Below are positions 40,821 through 53,793 of a DNA stretch of 64,000 nt, one piece after another. The translations under genes and the position numbers were made by a program. The stretch is from Macrostomum lignano (taxonomy: Eukaryota), in the NCBI GenBank assembly GCA_002269645.1, contig NIVC01000717.1, positions 310,001 to 374,000 on the forward strand. Reading direction: 5' to 3'. Under the pieces are notes generated by a model. That model was not told the DNA's origin. It was given only the letters and a program-made list of their open reading frames with translations, and did no database searches. Numbering within the stretch: the first letter of the stretch is position 1; every line of letters starts with the position of its first letter.

Positions 40821-40889
40821 GATATTTAGCACTTGAGGATTAAAAATCTAATGATCTATAATATCAGCCCTCAGGTTCGAAGCCCTCAC

Positions 40890-41182
40890 CAGAACGATTT
40901 CATCCTTCGTTCAGGCAGATGCCGCGGCTGCTGCAAGCTCAGGTGTCGGCAGATCTGCTGTCCCTGGCCAAAGGTGCTCACGCCGGACACAGGCGGTGAC
41001 CAGGTGCCGGTTTGGCCCACAGACAAAACCGGAGACTGAAGCTGAGAGTCGGCAGACTGGCGAGCGTCTTCGCTTTGAACTTGATGATGGACGGCGTCAG
41101 CTGCGCCCGCGGCTGCGGCGGCGGAGGCAGCTGCAGAGTCGCGAGTTCGAATCTCAGCGATCCGCTGGTTGATGGAGCGAAG
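40890..41182 (-). CDS. Orphan coiled-coil protein, predicted internal exon
   Basis: Acceptor TTTCTCCCTTCACCAG|CTT (phase 0), LRSINQRIAEIRTRD...; donor TG|GTGAGG. Confidence 0.65.
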
Positions 41183-41350
41183 CTGGTGAAGGGAGAAATT
41201 AAAGCCTTCGGTTACATCGTCGCACAACCAGCGCTTCTGCCCATTCGGCTACTGTACGCGGGCGCGCACTCATGCACACGCTCACACATGGTGTACATCA
41301 GCTCTGACTGTCTAATCATCAGGCATGTACACTCTGTGTACTTTAAATCA

Positions 41351-41455
41351 ATTACCCCAGCTGATGCTGGTCAACTGAAGCAATGCAGAGTTATTCGTTT
41401 TGTTTAAAGACACGAATTGTTCAGCCGTGGGTCCAACGCTCTAACCACTACAACC
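41351..41455 (-). mobile_element. Internally deleted CORE-like SINE copy
   Basis: Reverse complement contains TAGTGGTTAGAGCGT...TAACTCTGCATTGCTTCAGTT...CCAGCATCAGCTGGGGTAAT, matching the 10577 copy. Confidence 0.7.
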
Positions 41456-41477
41456 TTTTGGTCCTTTAAGTTCTTAC

Positions 41478-41621
41478 CTTTTCCTGCGATCGCTGGTACT
41501 CCTGAGTTCGTTTCCGTTTCAGCTGGCGGCCCAGTTTGTCGGCCTGGCACTCGCGCAGCAGGCGGGCGTTCGCCTCCACCATGGCGCGCTGGACCGCCGC
41601 CTCCTCTTGCAGCTGGACCAG
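41478..41621 (-). CDS. Orphan coiled-coil protein, predicted internal exon
   Basis: LVQLQEEAAVQRAMVEANARLLRECQADKLGRQLKRKRTQEYQRSQEK; strong donor AAG|GTAAGA; phase-0 acceptor ATTCCAG| is inferred. Confidence 0.62.
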
Positions 41622-41744
41622 CTGGAATTCGCGGGATGGGGGTTGATTTGGTTGGTTAAAAATGGCCGATTCTACTGTAAGTAGAAATAAAAACATTTTA
41701 TACGTGTGAATCATGTAAAATTTTCAGCGTTAGCTTTTTAAGAA

Positions 41745-42262
41745 TCTGTCTGTCTGTCTGTCTGTCATGTCTGTCTATCTATCTATCTATCTGTCTATCT
41801 ATCTATCTATTTATCTATCTTTCTATCCATCTATCCATCTATCCATCTATCTATCTATCTATTTATCTATCTATCTATCCATCTATCCATCTATCTATCT
41901 ATCTATTTATCTATCTATCTATCCATCTATCCATCTATCTATCTATCTATTTATCTATCTATCTATCCATCTATCCATCTATCTATCTATCTATTTATCT
42001 ATCTATCTATCCATCTATCCATCTATCTATCTATCTATTTATCTATCTATCTATCCATCTATCTATCTATCTATCTATCTATTTATCTATCTATCTATCC
42101 ATCTATCCATCTATCTATCTATCTATTTATCTATCTATCTATCCATCTATCTATCTATCGTTTCCATCGTTTCCGGTGATCTTGTGTGCGTGCATTCAGC
42201 TTGATTGGCTGCGGCAAGCAAGCTCGAAAGAGCTCGCTTCGCTCGCTCTTTCTCGCTATCTA

Positions 42263-42310
<48 letters not shown>

Positions 42311-42319
42311 TTATCTATG

Positions 42320-42367
<48 letters not shown>

Positions 42368-42429
42368 CATCTATCTATCTAACTATCTATCTATCTATCT
42401 ATCTATATATCTATATATCTATCTACCTG

Positions 42430-42476
<47 letters not shown>

Positions 42477-42570
42477 GTCTATCTATTTATCTATCTATCT
42501 ATATATCTATCTACCTGTCTATCTATCTATCTATCTATCCATCTATCTAATCTATCTATCTGTCTATCAA
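41745..42570. repeat. Two (TATC/TCCA)n microsatellite blocks
   Basis: Directly visible; interrupted at about 42160-42260. Confidence 0.95.
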
Positions 42571-43195
42571 TCAGTCTATATTGTATTTAGCCAGTCCACC
42601 ACTAAGATACACATGGGCATGGACTATTGAACTAGGTCCATATAGAAGACATGGAGGTGGCACTCAAGGACTCCCAAAAATATGGGGCCCAGCCCAAAGT
42701 TCGTTTCTAAAAAAAAAACACTTAAAGTTTTTCACCACAGAAATCAATGCCAAACCAAAGATTTATAATGCCAAGCAAAACCAGACACAAAATGGCAGTT
42801 AAAGAGGCAAGGCGCACGAATGCGGAGACGCCAAAGAGGGGAGGCAAATCCCTGAGCTCGAGGATAGATAAGATCTGTTTGGACAAGCAATGAGAGACAG
42901 ACCCTCTTTGTCAAAAGCTGCGCAATGAGGGTTAAGTGTAGTTAGTCATAGTCAAAATACTCAGCCATTAACGAGACAGTCTGTGACCCTTGCTTGATAC
43001 CCGTGGGACTCTTTCGGTCATAAAATATTATAATAAAAGTTCAACACATATAGAACAAGTTATGGCGGATGGAATTCATGGAAAGCCGAAAGGCCCAATT
43101 AGTCATCGCATTTCAGTAACAGAGAGAAGTTATTAATCAACATTTTTCTTGATAAACATAAGAAACAAGCATATGGCTTGTTTCACAAAAATGTA

Positions 43196-44065
43196 CGGCG
43201 ATTATCACAGGTGTGAGGCGATTTCCACAGGTGTGAGGCGATTTCCACAGGTGTGAGGCGATTATCACAGGTGAGAGGCGATTATCACAGGTGTAAGGCG
43301 ATTATCACAGGTGAGAGGCGATTATCACAGGTGTGAGGCGATTATCACAGGTGTAAGGCGATTATCACAGGTGAGAGGCGATTATCACAGGTGAGAGGCG
43401 ATTTCCACAGGTGTGAGGCGATTTCCACAGGTGTGAGGCGATTATCACAGGTGAGAGGCGATTATCACAGGTGTAAGGCGATTATCACAGGTGAGAGGCG
43501 ATTATCACAGGTGTGAGGCGATTATCACAGGTGAGAGGCGATTATCACAGGTGAGAGGCGATTATCACAGGTGAGAGGCGATTTCCACAGGTGTGAGGCG
43601 ATTTCCACAGGTGTGAGGCGATTATCACAGGTGAGAGGCGATTATCACAGGTGTAAGGCGATTATCACAGGTGTAAGGCGATTATCACAGGTGAGAGGCG
43701 ATTATCACAGGTGTGAGGCGATTATCACAGGTGTGAGGCGATTTCCACAGGTGTGAGGCAATTTCCACAGGTGTGAGGCGATTATCACAGGTGAGAGGCG
43801 ATTATCACAGGTGTGAGGCGATTATCACAGGTGAGAGGCGATTATCACAGGTGTGAGGCGATTATCACAGGTGAGAGGCGATTATCACAGGTGAGAGGCG
43901 ATTATCACAGGTGAGAGGCGATTATCACAGGTGTGAGGCGATTTCCACAGGTGTGAGGCGATTTCCACAGGTGTGAGGCGATTATCACAGGTGAGAGGCG
44001 ATTATCACAGATGAGAGGCTATTATCACAGGTGTGAAGCGATTTTCACAGGTGTGAGGCGATTTT
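43196..44065. repeat. 20-bp minisatellite (GGCGATTATCACAGGTGTGA)n, about 43 units
   Basis: Directly visible. Confidence 0.95.
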
Positions 44066-44479
44066 CGTAAGTCTCTAGATTCCTGTAAAGAATTCTTTTG
44101 GGGAAATAAGTTTAAAAGCTCTGCACGTATGTATAAATTTGTGCGGCTTTTGTGGTTGTGGTGGTGACTGGTTAGCGACCCTAAAAAATGAAACCACGAA
44201 CTGAAGATAGGAAATGGGAAAATTTAGGCAGATTGCTATCAGTCTGTCTTGCTTTTATTCGACGACTTCCAAACTTTCCTAATCAAGCAATATTTTGTAG
44301 CAATAAAAATTAACAACTGCCGCAACCATGGGTGTCTAAAACTGCGAGTAGATATCTGGACAAGAAATTTTACCGGGAAACTCCCATTTTTTACTTTGTT
44401 AGTCATTCTTCACAATCCTTAACTTCACAAAGTCCCAATCTTCACAATTTCGAATGTTTACAACCCCAAATGTTAGCAA

Positions 44480-45340
44480 CCTCAAAATCTTTACAACTCC
44501 TCAATCTTCACAATACCCAAGCTTCACCGTTTCCATAATCTTCACAGTCTCGAATCTTCACAATCCTAAATCTTCTCAATCCCCTTAATCTCCCCAATCT
44601 TCACAATCTCCTCAATCTCCCCAATCTCCCCAAATTCCCTAATCTTCACAATCTCCCCAATCTTCACAATCTCCCAAATCTTCACAATCTCCCAAATCTT
44701 CACAATCTCCCCAATCTTCACAATCTCCCAAATCTTCACAATCTTCACAATCTCCCCAATTCTCACAATCTCCTCAATCTTAACAATCTCCCCAATCTTC
44801 ACAATCTCCCCAATTTTCACACTCTCCAAAATCTTCACAATCTCCCCAATCTCCCAAATCTTCACAATCTCCCCAATATTCACAATCTCCCCAATATTCA
44901 CAATCTCCCAAATCTTCACAATCTCCCCAATTTTCACAATCTCCCAAATCTTCACAATCACCCCAATATTCACAATCTCCCCAATATTCACAATCTCCTC
45001 AATCTTCACAATCTCCCAAATCTTCACAATCTCCCAAATCTTCACAATCTCCCCAATTTTCACAATCTCCCAAATCTTCACAATCTCCCCAATATTCACA
45101 ATCTCCCCAATATTCACAATCTCCTCAATCTTCACAATCTCCCAAATCTTCACAATCTCCCAAATCTTCACAATCTCCCCAATTTTCACAATCTCCCAAA
45201 TCTTCACAATCTCCCCAATATTCACAATCTCCCCAATATTCACAATCTCCTCAATCTTCACAATCTCCCAAATCTTCACAATCTCCCAAATCTTCACAAT
45301 CTCCCCAATTTTTACAATCTCCCAAATCTTCACAATCTTC
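44480..45340. repeat. 18-bp minisatellite (CAATCTCCCCAATCTTCA)n
   Basis: Directly visible. Confidence 0.93.
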
Positions 45341-45349
45341 AACAATTAC

Positions 45350-45565
45350 CTCAGAATGTACAGTCTCCTCTTCCACCGCGACAAGATATTGCGTTGGGAA
45401 GCAAAGCTGGCCAGAAGCTGACCCGACCGTCGACTGATGATGAGGCTGCTGGTGATGCTGGGGCGGCTGATGCAGATTTGGCTGATTGCGCGGCAGAGAA
45501 CTGCTGCCACTATGGTCAGTATGATGCTGACTGTCTGACCTGGGACAGAACTCGCCAGATAGACT
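45350..45565 (-). CDS. Orphan coiled-coil protein, predicted internal exon
   Basis: Acceptor CTCTCCGTTGCAG|AGT, donor GAG|GTAATT; 216 nt, phase 0-0; SLSGEFCP...HQPPQHHQQPHH...YLVAVEEETVHSE. Confidence 0.62.
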
Positions 45566-45999
45566 CTGCAACGGAGAGGCGGTAAGATTAATGATTAATT
45601 TAAGTTAAGGTTAGTTTGAAAGTTCTGAATCTGATAAATTGATTGTGGCATCTCTCGCTTTTTAGGCGATATGTATGATACAAAACTTAGCTACAAAATA
45701 CGATAAAACTTGGCTACTAATTGCCATGGCAACTAGATTAATACACGCCCAGGTTCCGGTCGGCCTCAACGCCCCAGCAACAGTAGTTAATGGCAATCTC
45801 CCAATGTCATTGTTGGTTTATCCCGAATTGGGTTTGAAAATGGCATGAGATAGCTTAGTCAGGCTTTTGATCAATCAATCTTAACGCATCGTTGGCTTTA
45901 TTGTTTCGCTTTGCATGGGGGATTGATTTATTACTCATAGGTAGGCAGGAAGAGCTGGACAATTTGTCTGATGCTAGGGCGATTGATGTGCTAGGGGGG

Positions 46000-47375
46000 A
46001 GATGCTAGAGGGAGAGGGGAGGAGAGGGAGGATGCGGAAAGAGGAGAGGGGATAAAGGAGAGGAGAGGGAGAGGGTAGAGGGAGAAGGAATAGGGGGAGG
46101 GGAGAGAGAGTGGCTCAGGGGAGGAGAGGTGAAAGAGAAGGTAGAGAGAGAGGCTAGAGGATCAGGGAGAGGGGAGAAAGAGGGAGGAGAGAGAAAAGGG
46201 AGAGGGAGAGAGGGTAGAGGGAGAGGCTAGAGGGAGAGGCTAGAGGGAGAGGCTAGAGGGAGAGGGTAGAGGGAGAGGGTAGAGGGAGAGGGTAGAGGGA
46301 GAGGGTAGAGGGAGAGGCTAGAGGGAGAGGGGAGGAGAGGGAGCATGCGGAAAGAGGAGAGGGGATAAAGGAGAGGAGAGGGAGAGGGTAGAGGGAGAAG
46401 GAATAGGGGGAGGGAGAGAGAGTGGCTCAGGGGAGGAGAGGTGAAAGAGAAGGTAGAGAGAGAGGCTAGAGGATCAGGGAGAGGGGAGAAAGAGGGAGGA
46501 GAGAGAAAAGGGAGAGGGAGAGAGGGTAGAGGGAGAGAGGGTAGAGGGAGAGGCTAGAGGGAGAGGCTAGAGGGAGAGGCTAGAGGGAGAGGGTAGAGGG
46601 AGAGGGTAGAGGGAGAGGCTAGAGGGAGAGGCTAGAGGGAGAGGCTAGAGGGAGAGGCTAGAGGGAGAGGGTAGAGGGAGAGGCTAGAGGGAGAGGCTAG
46701 AGGGAGAGGCTAGAGGGAGAGGCTAGAGGGAGAGGGTAGAGGGAGAGGCTAGAGGGAGAGGCTAGAGGGAGAGGCTAGAGGGAGAGGCTAGAGGGAGAGG
46801 CTAGAAGGAGAGGCTAGAGGGAGAGGCTAGAGGGAGAGGCTAGAGGGAGAGGGTAGAGGGAGAGGCTAGAGGGAGAGGCTAGAGGGAGAGGCTAGAGGGA
46901 GAGGGTAGAGGGAGAGGGTAGAGGGAGAGGCTAGAGGGAGAGGCTAGAGGGAGAGGCTAGAGGGAGAGGGTAGAGGGAGAGGGTAGAGGGAGAGGCTAGA
47001 GGGAGAGGCTAGAGGGAGAGGCTAGAGGGAGAGGCTAGAGGGAGAGGGTAGAGGGAGAGGCTAGAGGGAGAGGCTAGAGGGAGAGGCTAGAGGGAGAGGC
47101 TAGAGGGAGAGGCTAGAAGGAGAGGCTAGAGGGAGAGGCTAGAGGGAGAGGCTAGAGGGAGAGGGTAGAGGGAGAGGGTAGAGGGAGAGGCTAGAGGGAG
47201 AGGCTAGAGGGAGAGGCTAGAGGGAGAGGCTAGAGGGAGAGGCTAGAGGGAGAGGCTAGAGGGAGAGGCTAGAGGGAGAGGGTAGAGGGAGAGGGTAGAG
47301 GGAGAGGCTAGAGGGAGAGGCTAGAGGGAGAGGCTAGAGGGAGAGGGGAGAGGGAGAGGGGAGAGGGAGGAGAGT
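46000..47375. repeat. 13-bp purine-rich minisatellite (GAGGGAGAGGCTA)n with a duplicated block at its left end
   Basis: Directly visible. Confidence 0.93.
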
Positions 47376-48019
47376 CAAGTAGAGACGGATGAGAGATGGG
47401 AGATGATAGGAAGAGCAGGTAAGATGTAAGGCAGGAAAGAGCATAGTGAATGAAAAAGTAGGTTGGGATAGCAGATGACACAAATGGCCTAGCAGACTCA
47501 GTCAATAGACATTCCAACACGCATATAAAATATAGGTAGACACACACACTCGTATATCTCTAGGCTGTATCCAACTTGGTGGCATTGCAGTGGGTATGGC
47601 ATGTCTATGGCCCAACCCAAGCTAAGCCCTCATCACGGGCCCATCAAACCCTCCCCCCCTGCGGTCTGTAGGCTTGTATTACGTAATAATCCTTCGAAAA
47701 TCGTGTTCAATGCCTTCAGGCTCTTGTCAGCCAGCCAGCCAACCAAGCAGGACAGGAGGAGCTCGCCCAGCCGTGCCGCAATCGAAATACCCTACCAACC
47801 CCTTCATTATGATCAGTTGTCTCGGATTACTCCACGAGAATGCAATGCATCACGGGTAGACAAAACTAAAGATGGAGAAAAAACCCAACCCCGTCTGCTT
47901 AAATGTTTAAACTGAAATTGTTAGCAAAATAGTCAAGCCCTATGCTTCAAGTGGGAAGTGCATATTGACTTATTTATTCGTAGGTTGCGTTTTAAATTCG
48001 TTTCAAAGGGAAATTGTAG

Positions 48020-48028
48020 CGGGAGAGA

Positions 48029-48100
<72 letters not shown>

Positions 48101-48480
48101 ATAAAGATGAAGCTTTGAAGCAAGGTAGATAGGAATAGATAAGAAGGGTACAGGAATATAGTGAGATGTAGAGGAGAGATAGGAGAGGTAGAGGAGGTAG
48201 AGAGACAGGAGAGGCAGAGGGTTGTAGGAGAGGCAGAGAGGAGACAGGAGAGGAAGAGAGGATTTAGGAGAGGTGGAGAGAGGATAGGAGAGGTAGAGGG
48301 GAACATAGGAGGTAAAGAGGAGATAGGAGAGGAAGAGAGGAGAAAGGAGAGGTAGATAGGAGAGGAAGAGAGATACGAGAGATAGAAAGGAGATAGGAGA
48401 GGTAGAGAGAGATACGAGAGATAGAGAGGAGATAGGAGAGGAAGAGAGCAGACAGGAGAGTTTGAGGGGAGATAGAGACG
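48020..48480. repeat. (GA)n and GA-rich low-complexity tract
   Basis: Directly visible. Confidence 0.88.
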
Positions 48481-48642
48481 TAGCAAGATAACAATTAAAC
48501 AGTCAGACAAAAAGCTTCAGTCAATGACACAAACCCCCTGTCACAACTAAAGCCTAGCACCGATATGTATCGAAAGTAAAATTCGCAGAGCTAGAATGAT
48601 ATTAATAATAGCGCAATAGTCAAGGTTTAACTGACTATTTAC

Positions 48643-49061
48643 CTTCTCTTTAGCCTCGAGCGCAGCCAGCTGACGGCATTTGTCGGCTTTACGCTTAGTC
48701 AATTCGACCAGCAGTCGTTTCAATTCCCAGAATCTGGCCACTCGCCTTTGATGAGCTGGAGAATGTTGTTGCTGCTGTTGCTGCTGCTGTAACGGAAGAG
48801 AGCGAACAGAAGACGGAGCTTGCGACAACAGTTGCTGCTGCTGTTGCTGTGAATGGAAAGAAGATTCTTCTAAACTGCTGGCATGATTGATTGATGACTG
48901 ATTGAGCTGGTGACCGGCCGTCAGCAGCAGGTCTGAGGCCGCGGCAGCATCAATTGCGACGCTTGAAGCTGACAATGGAGCGTCGGAGACGAGGTCGGAG
49001 CTGGCACGCCGGTGTCGGTGAGAACGACGTCGAGGCAGAGTGACCATTGCCGCTGCTGTCG
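48643..49061 (-). CDS. Orphan coiled-coil protein, predicted internal exon
   Basis: Acceptor TTTTTAACCCTTGCAG| (phase 1); polyQ runs and RFWELKRLLVELTKRKADKCRQLAALEAKEK; donor AAG|GTAAAT (phase 0). Confidence 0.68.
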
Positions 49062-49154
49062 CTGCAAGGGTTAAAAAGCATGGTAAAATAAATTTTATAG
49101 TTTACCATAGCTTGCTTTGACAGTTATTGACAACGCAACAGACACTAACATTAG

Positions 49155-50680
49155 AGACAGAGATAGAGAGAGGGAGACAGGGTAGAGATGGAGACAGAAA
49201 AGAGAGGGAAACAGGGGAGAGAGGGAGACAGGAGAGGGAGACAGGGGAGAGAGGGAGACAGGGGAGAGAGGGAAACAGGGGAGGGAGAGGGAGAGAGGGT
49301 AGAGATGGAGACAGAAGAGAGAGGGAGACAGAAGAGAGATGGAGACAGAAGAGAGAGGGAGACAGGGGAGAGAGGGAGACAGAAGACAGAGGGAGACAGA
49401 AGAGAGAGGGAGACAGAAGAGAGAGGGAGACAGGGGAGAGATGGAGACAGAAGAGAGAGGGAGACAGAAGAGAGATGGAGACAGGGGAGAGAGGGAAACA
49501 GGGGAGAGAGGGAAACAGGGGAGAGAGAGGGAGAGAGGGTAGAGATGGAGACAGAAGAGAGAGAGAGACAGAAGAGAGAGGGAGACAGAAGAGAGAGAGA
49601 GACAGGAGAGAGGGAGACAGAAGAGAGATGGAGACAGAAGAGAGAGGGAGACAGGGGAGAGAGGGAGACAGAAGACAGAGGGAGACAGAAGAGAGAGGGA
49701 GACAGAAGAGAGAGGGAGACAGGGGAGAGATGGAGACAGAAGAGAGAGAGGGAGACAGGGGAGAGAGGGAGACAGAAGAGAGAGGGAGACAGGGGAGAGA
49801 GGGAAACAGAAGAGAGAGGGAGACAGGGGAGAGAGGGAGACAGAAGAGAGAGGGAGACAGGGGAGAGATGGAGACAGAAGAGAGATGGAGACAGAAGAGA
49901 GAGGGAGACAGAAGAGAGAGGGAGACAGGGGAGAGAGGGAGACAGAAGAGAGAGGGAGACAGGGTAGAGATGGATACAGGAGAGAGGGAGACAGGGTAGA
50001 GATGGATACAGAAGAGAGAGGGAGACAGGGGAGAGAGGGAGACAGAAGAGAGAGGGAGACAGAAGAGAGATGGAGACAGAAGAGAGAGGGAGACAGGGGA
50101 GAGATGGAGACAGAAGAGAGAGGGAGACAGAAGAGAGATGGAGACAGGGGAGAGAGGGAAACAGGGGAGAGAGAGGGAGTGAGGGTAGAGATGGAGACAG
50201 AAGAGAGAGGGAGACAGAAGAGAGAGGGAGACAGGAGAGAGGGAGACAGAAGACAGAGGGAGACAGAAGAGAGAGGGAGACAGAAGAGAGATGGAGACAG
50301 AAGAGAGAGGGAGATAGGGGAGAGAGGGAGACAGAAGAGAGAGGGAGACAGGGGAGAGATGGAGACAGAAGAGAGAGGGAGACAGAAGAGAGAGGGAGAC
50401 AGGGGAGAGAGGGAGACAGAAGAGAGAGGGAGACAGGGTAGAGATGGATACAGAAGAGAGGGAGACAGGGGAGAGAGGGACAGAAGAGAGAGGGAGACAG
50501 GGTAGAGATGGATACAGAATAGAGAGGGAGACCGGGGAGAGAGGGAGACAGAAGAGAGAGGGAGACAGAAGAGAGAGGGAGACAGGGGAGAGAAGGAGAC
50601 AGAAGACAGAGGGAGACAGGGGAGAGAGGGAGACAGAAGACAGAGGGAGACAGGGTAGAGGGTGGAGAGGGACACGTTGG
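49155..50680. repeat. GA-rich minisatellite (GAGAGAGGGAGACAGAA / GAGAGAGGGAGACAGGG)n
   Basis: Directly visible. Confidence 0.93.
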
Positions 50681-50979
50681 AGATAGATAAATACCACACG
50701 TCATAGGAAAACTCTTTCTTCAGAAGTAGTAGGTCGTAAGCTTATTTTTTTGACAGGCTCTTTAGGTTTTCTTTTAATTCAAGTGTCTGAATTGAAACGT
50801 GTTCTGCCTTTGAACTAATAATAATAGCCAACTTTTTAGGGACAATCGATTACGTAATCAACAACCAAATGAAGGCATTGTGTAGCATACATGAGCACAT
50901 TTTGTTTTGAATAAGCCTTATATAATGATTGTGAGGAAAATAGCAATGTTGGCAACAGGCAGACATTGGTTAATCAGAC

Positions 50980-51400
50980 AGGGCGCCAAACTCTCCTCAC
51001 TGATGGTTAAACAGTTAGGGCGCCAAACTCTCCTCATTGATGGTTAAACAGGCAGGGCGCCAAACTCTCCTCACTGATGGTTAAACAGGCAGGGCGCCAG
51101 ACTCTCCTCACTGATGGTTAAACTGTTAAACAGGCGCCAAACTCTCCTCACTGATGGTTAAACAGGCAGGGCGCTAAACTCTCCTCACTGATGGTTAAAC
51201 AGGCAGGGCGCCAAACTCTCCTCACTGATGGTTAAACAGGCAGGGCGCTAAACTCTCCTCACTGATGGTTAAACAGGCAGGGCGCCAAACTCTCCTCACT
51301 GATGGTTAAACTGTTAAACAGGCGCCAAACTCTCCTCACTGATGGTTAAACTGTTAAACAGGCGCCAAACTCTCCTCACCGATGGTTAAACAGGGCGCTA
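50980..51400. repeat. 37-bp minisatellite (CAGGCAGGGCGCCAAACTCTCCTCACTGATGGTTAAA)n
   Basis: About 11 visible units. Confidence 0.92.
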
Positions 51401-51859
51401 AAATTCAAAAGCAACACTTCAATTGGAATGCTTTTGGCTGTCCTACCCATAGGTCTGAACAGACCAAGTTGTTAATTTAGTGATTGCGCAATCAAGCCTA
51501 ACATCGCGGGGGCTTCATCTGCCCTTTCATCCCCTCATCCAAACTCGGAATTGTTAAGCGCCGATGCGCGCAACGGGGGTCCCCGACAAATTTTCGCTAA
51601 GTTTCACCAATCGTTTGTTGAAATAAGTTCGGTTTTAGTGGGTGCAGCAGCATTTTGAATATTCAACAAAGAGAGAAAACGCCTATGATGGAGACAATGA
51701 ATTCTTAATGTTATGATAAAAGTTTTACCTAGGGTTATAGACTTAGTCAGGATCTGAGCTTATTAAGCGATGAGAATATTTGTCAGAGATTTTATTGAAA
51801 GTCAAACAAAACGACAACGCAATCTTAAGCTTAAGTAGAACAATAAAATAAATTTTGAC

Positions 51860-52000
51860 CCGAGAGAGTGGACAGTGGGAATACTGGACTAAAACTTGAT
51901 GAAGCATATCCAGGTGTCCCATTTCTTTTTGGCCCTGTGCTGTGTGGCGCAATGACGTGACGTGGCGATGAAGATGAAGAAAAGAATCTGGACCTTTCAG
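51860..52000 (-). CDS. Possible symmetric (phase 1-1) exon of the orphan gene
   Basis: Acceptor GACTATAG|, donor CGG|GTCAAA, 141 nt open, S/P-rich like the rest of the protein; weak support. Confidence 0.3.
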
Positions 52001-52254
52001 CTATAGTCAAAGGGAATATATCCATAGAGAATGAAGATAAAAAGCCAAAGTCCAAAGACTAAGAATGCCAAGAATGTGATAGTAAGTAAGAACTAATAAA
52101 TAAATATGAATTGCATTGCTGGACCACCTGGTCATCTGTTGCATTCAATCAAGAAACACCCACAACTGGAACCATTCGAGTTTAAACTATTTTGCTTTCT
52201 AAGAAATTTGACACGAAACTGGAATACGGAGAATTTCCTAGATTTCCTGGATGA

Positions 52255-52975
52255 GAGGGAGAAGAGAGGAGAGGGAGAAGAGAGGGGAGAGAAGAGAGGG
52301 AGAGGGAGAAGAGAGGGAGAAGAGAGTGAGAAGAGAGGAGGGGAGAGAAGAGAGGAAGGAGAAGAGAGAGGAGAGAGGAGAGTGAGAAGAGAGGGGGAAG
52401 AGAGAGGAGGGGAGGGAAGAGAGAGAGGGAGAAGAGAAGGAGAGAGAGAGAAGGAAAAGAGAGGAGGGGAGAGAGGAAAGGGAGAAGAGAAGAGTAGAGA
52501 GAGGAGGGGAGAGAAGACAGGAGGGGGGATGGAGAAGAGAGGAGAGAAAAAGGGGAAAGAGGAGAGGGGAGATGAGAGGGGAGGGGAGGAGAGAGGGAGA
52601 AGAGAGGGGAGAGAAGAGAGGGAGAGGGAGAAGAGAGGGAGAAGAGAGGGAGAAGAGAGTGAGAAGAGAGGAGGGGAGAGAAGAGAGGAAGGAGAAGAGA
52701 GAGGAGAGTGAGAAGAGAGGGGGAAGAGAGAGGAGGGGAGGGAAGAGAGAGAGAGGGAGAAGAGAAGGAGAGAGAGAAGGAAAAGAGAGGAGGGGAGAGA
52801 GGAAAGGGAGAAGAGAAGAGTAGAGAGAGGAGGGGAGAGAAGACAGGAGGGGGTATGGAGAAGAAGAGAGGAGAGAAAGAGAGGGGAAAGAGCTGAGGGG
52901 AGGAGAGAGAGAGTGAGAGAGAGAGGAGACGGCCACGGGAGAGGAGAAACGAAAGAGAAAGAAGTTGAGAAGTGG
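52255..52975. repeat. GA-rich low-complexity tract with internal duplication
   Basis: Directly visible. Confidence 0.9.
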
Positions 52976-53010
52976 GGGCGGAGAGAGGACAGAGGAAAGA
53001 TGACACGAAC

Positions 53011-53793
53011 CTGGCCTGAGCGCAATGAGCGGGCCAGAGAGCTAGTGGTGTAAAGTTCCAAAGGACCCGAGGGCAGGATAGAGGCTTCGCAGGCCACACT
53101 GTCCTTGCGGACCCCTGAACTGAATTGTAAAGTATTAAAACAAGAATATAAAAAATCTTCGAACTCACGAACGGCAGATTTCTGCTCATCAAAATCGTCT
53201 TCAGTTAACGCGATTGGTGCAAATACTCTTCTACTAGTGGTAGTTCTCGATCGGACATTGCTGCTGTCATCGGGCTCTGCTTCCATCTGCTGCTGCTGCT
53301 GCATCAGCCGGGTGACAACCGGATGGCTCTGCAAAGTTGGTTCCGTCACAGTGGCAGTCGCGGCAGCAGTTGTCGCCATTTCTGTTGCTCCAGCTGCTGT
53401 AACGGTGGATTTCTGCCGAAATCCGAACAATTCTTTAGCTTTCTGCACATCCTCAAAGATGATTTCGGTCAGGCAGGCTCGCCTAGAACTGGCGCCATCT
53501 TTGTGCCGGCCAGTTACAGTTGATTTGCGCTGCTGTTTAGCAGCTTTCGAGGTTGGCGACAATTTAGCCGTTCCAAATAGACTGCGGCGTTTGCGCTGCC
53601 TGCCTGGCATGGAATTGGAGTTTGAAGCAGCATCGGCTGTATTCTCGGAATCCGCTGCATTGTCGTTTGTACCGGCTATTGTCATGGCTTGTTCGTCGGC
53701 TGCTGCTGCTGTTGACTTGCTTTTATTGTTAGGAGTTGCATTGGACTGAGGGTCGTAGACCAACAGGTTGAGCTGTTGCTGTTGACGATCCAT
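53011..53793 (-). CDS. Orphan coiled-coil/low-complexity protein, predicted first coding exon
   Basis: ATG 53793 MDRQQQQ..., 261 open GC-rich codons with Q/A/T runs and a basic RQRKRR motif; donor CAG|GTTCGT at 53010 (or a GC donor at 53015). No recognisable domain. Confidence 0.68.

Noticed and set aside
49095-53192. 500-aa Leu/Ser/Pro and Glu/Arg/Gly ORFs
   Set aside because: GA-rich low-complexity repeats; only the unique 5' part of ORF 52132-53793 (to about 53011) is treated as an exon.
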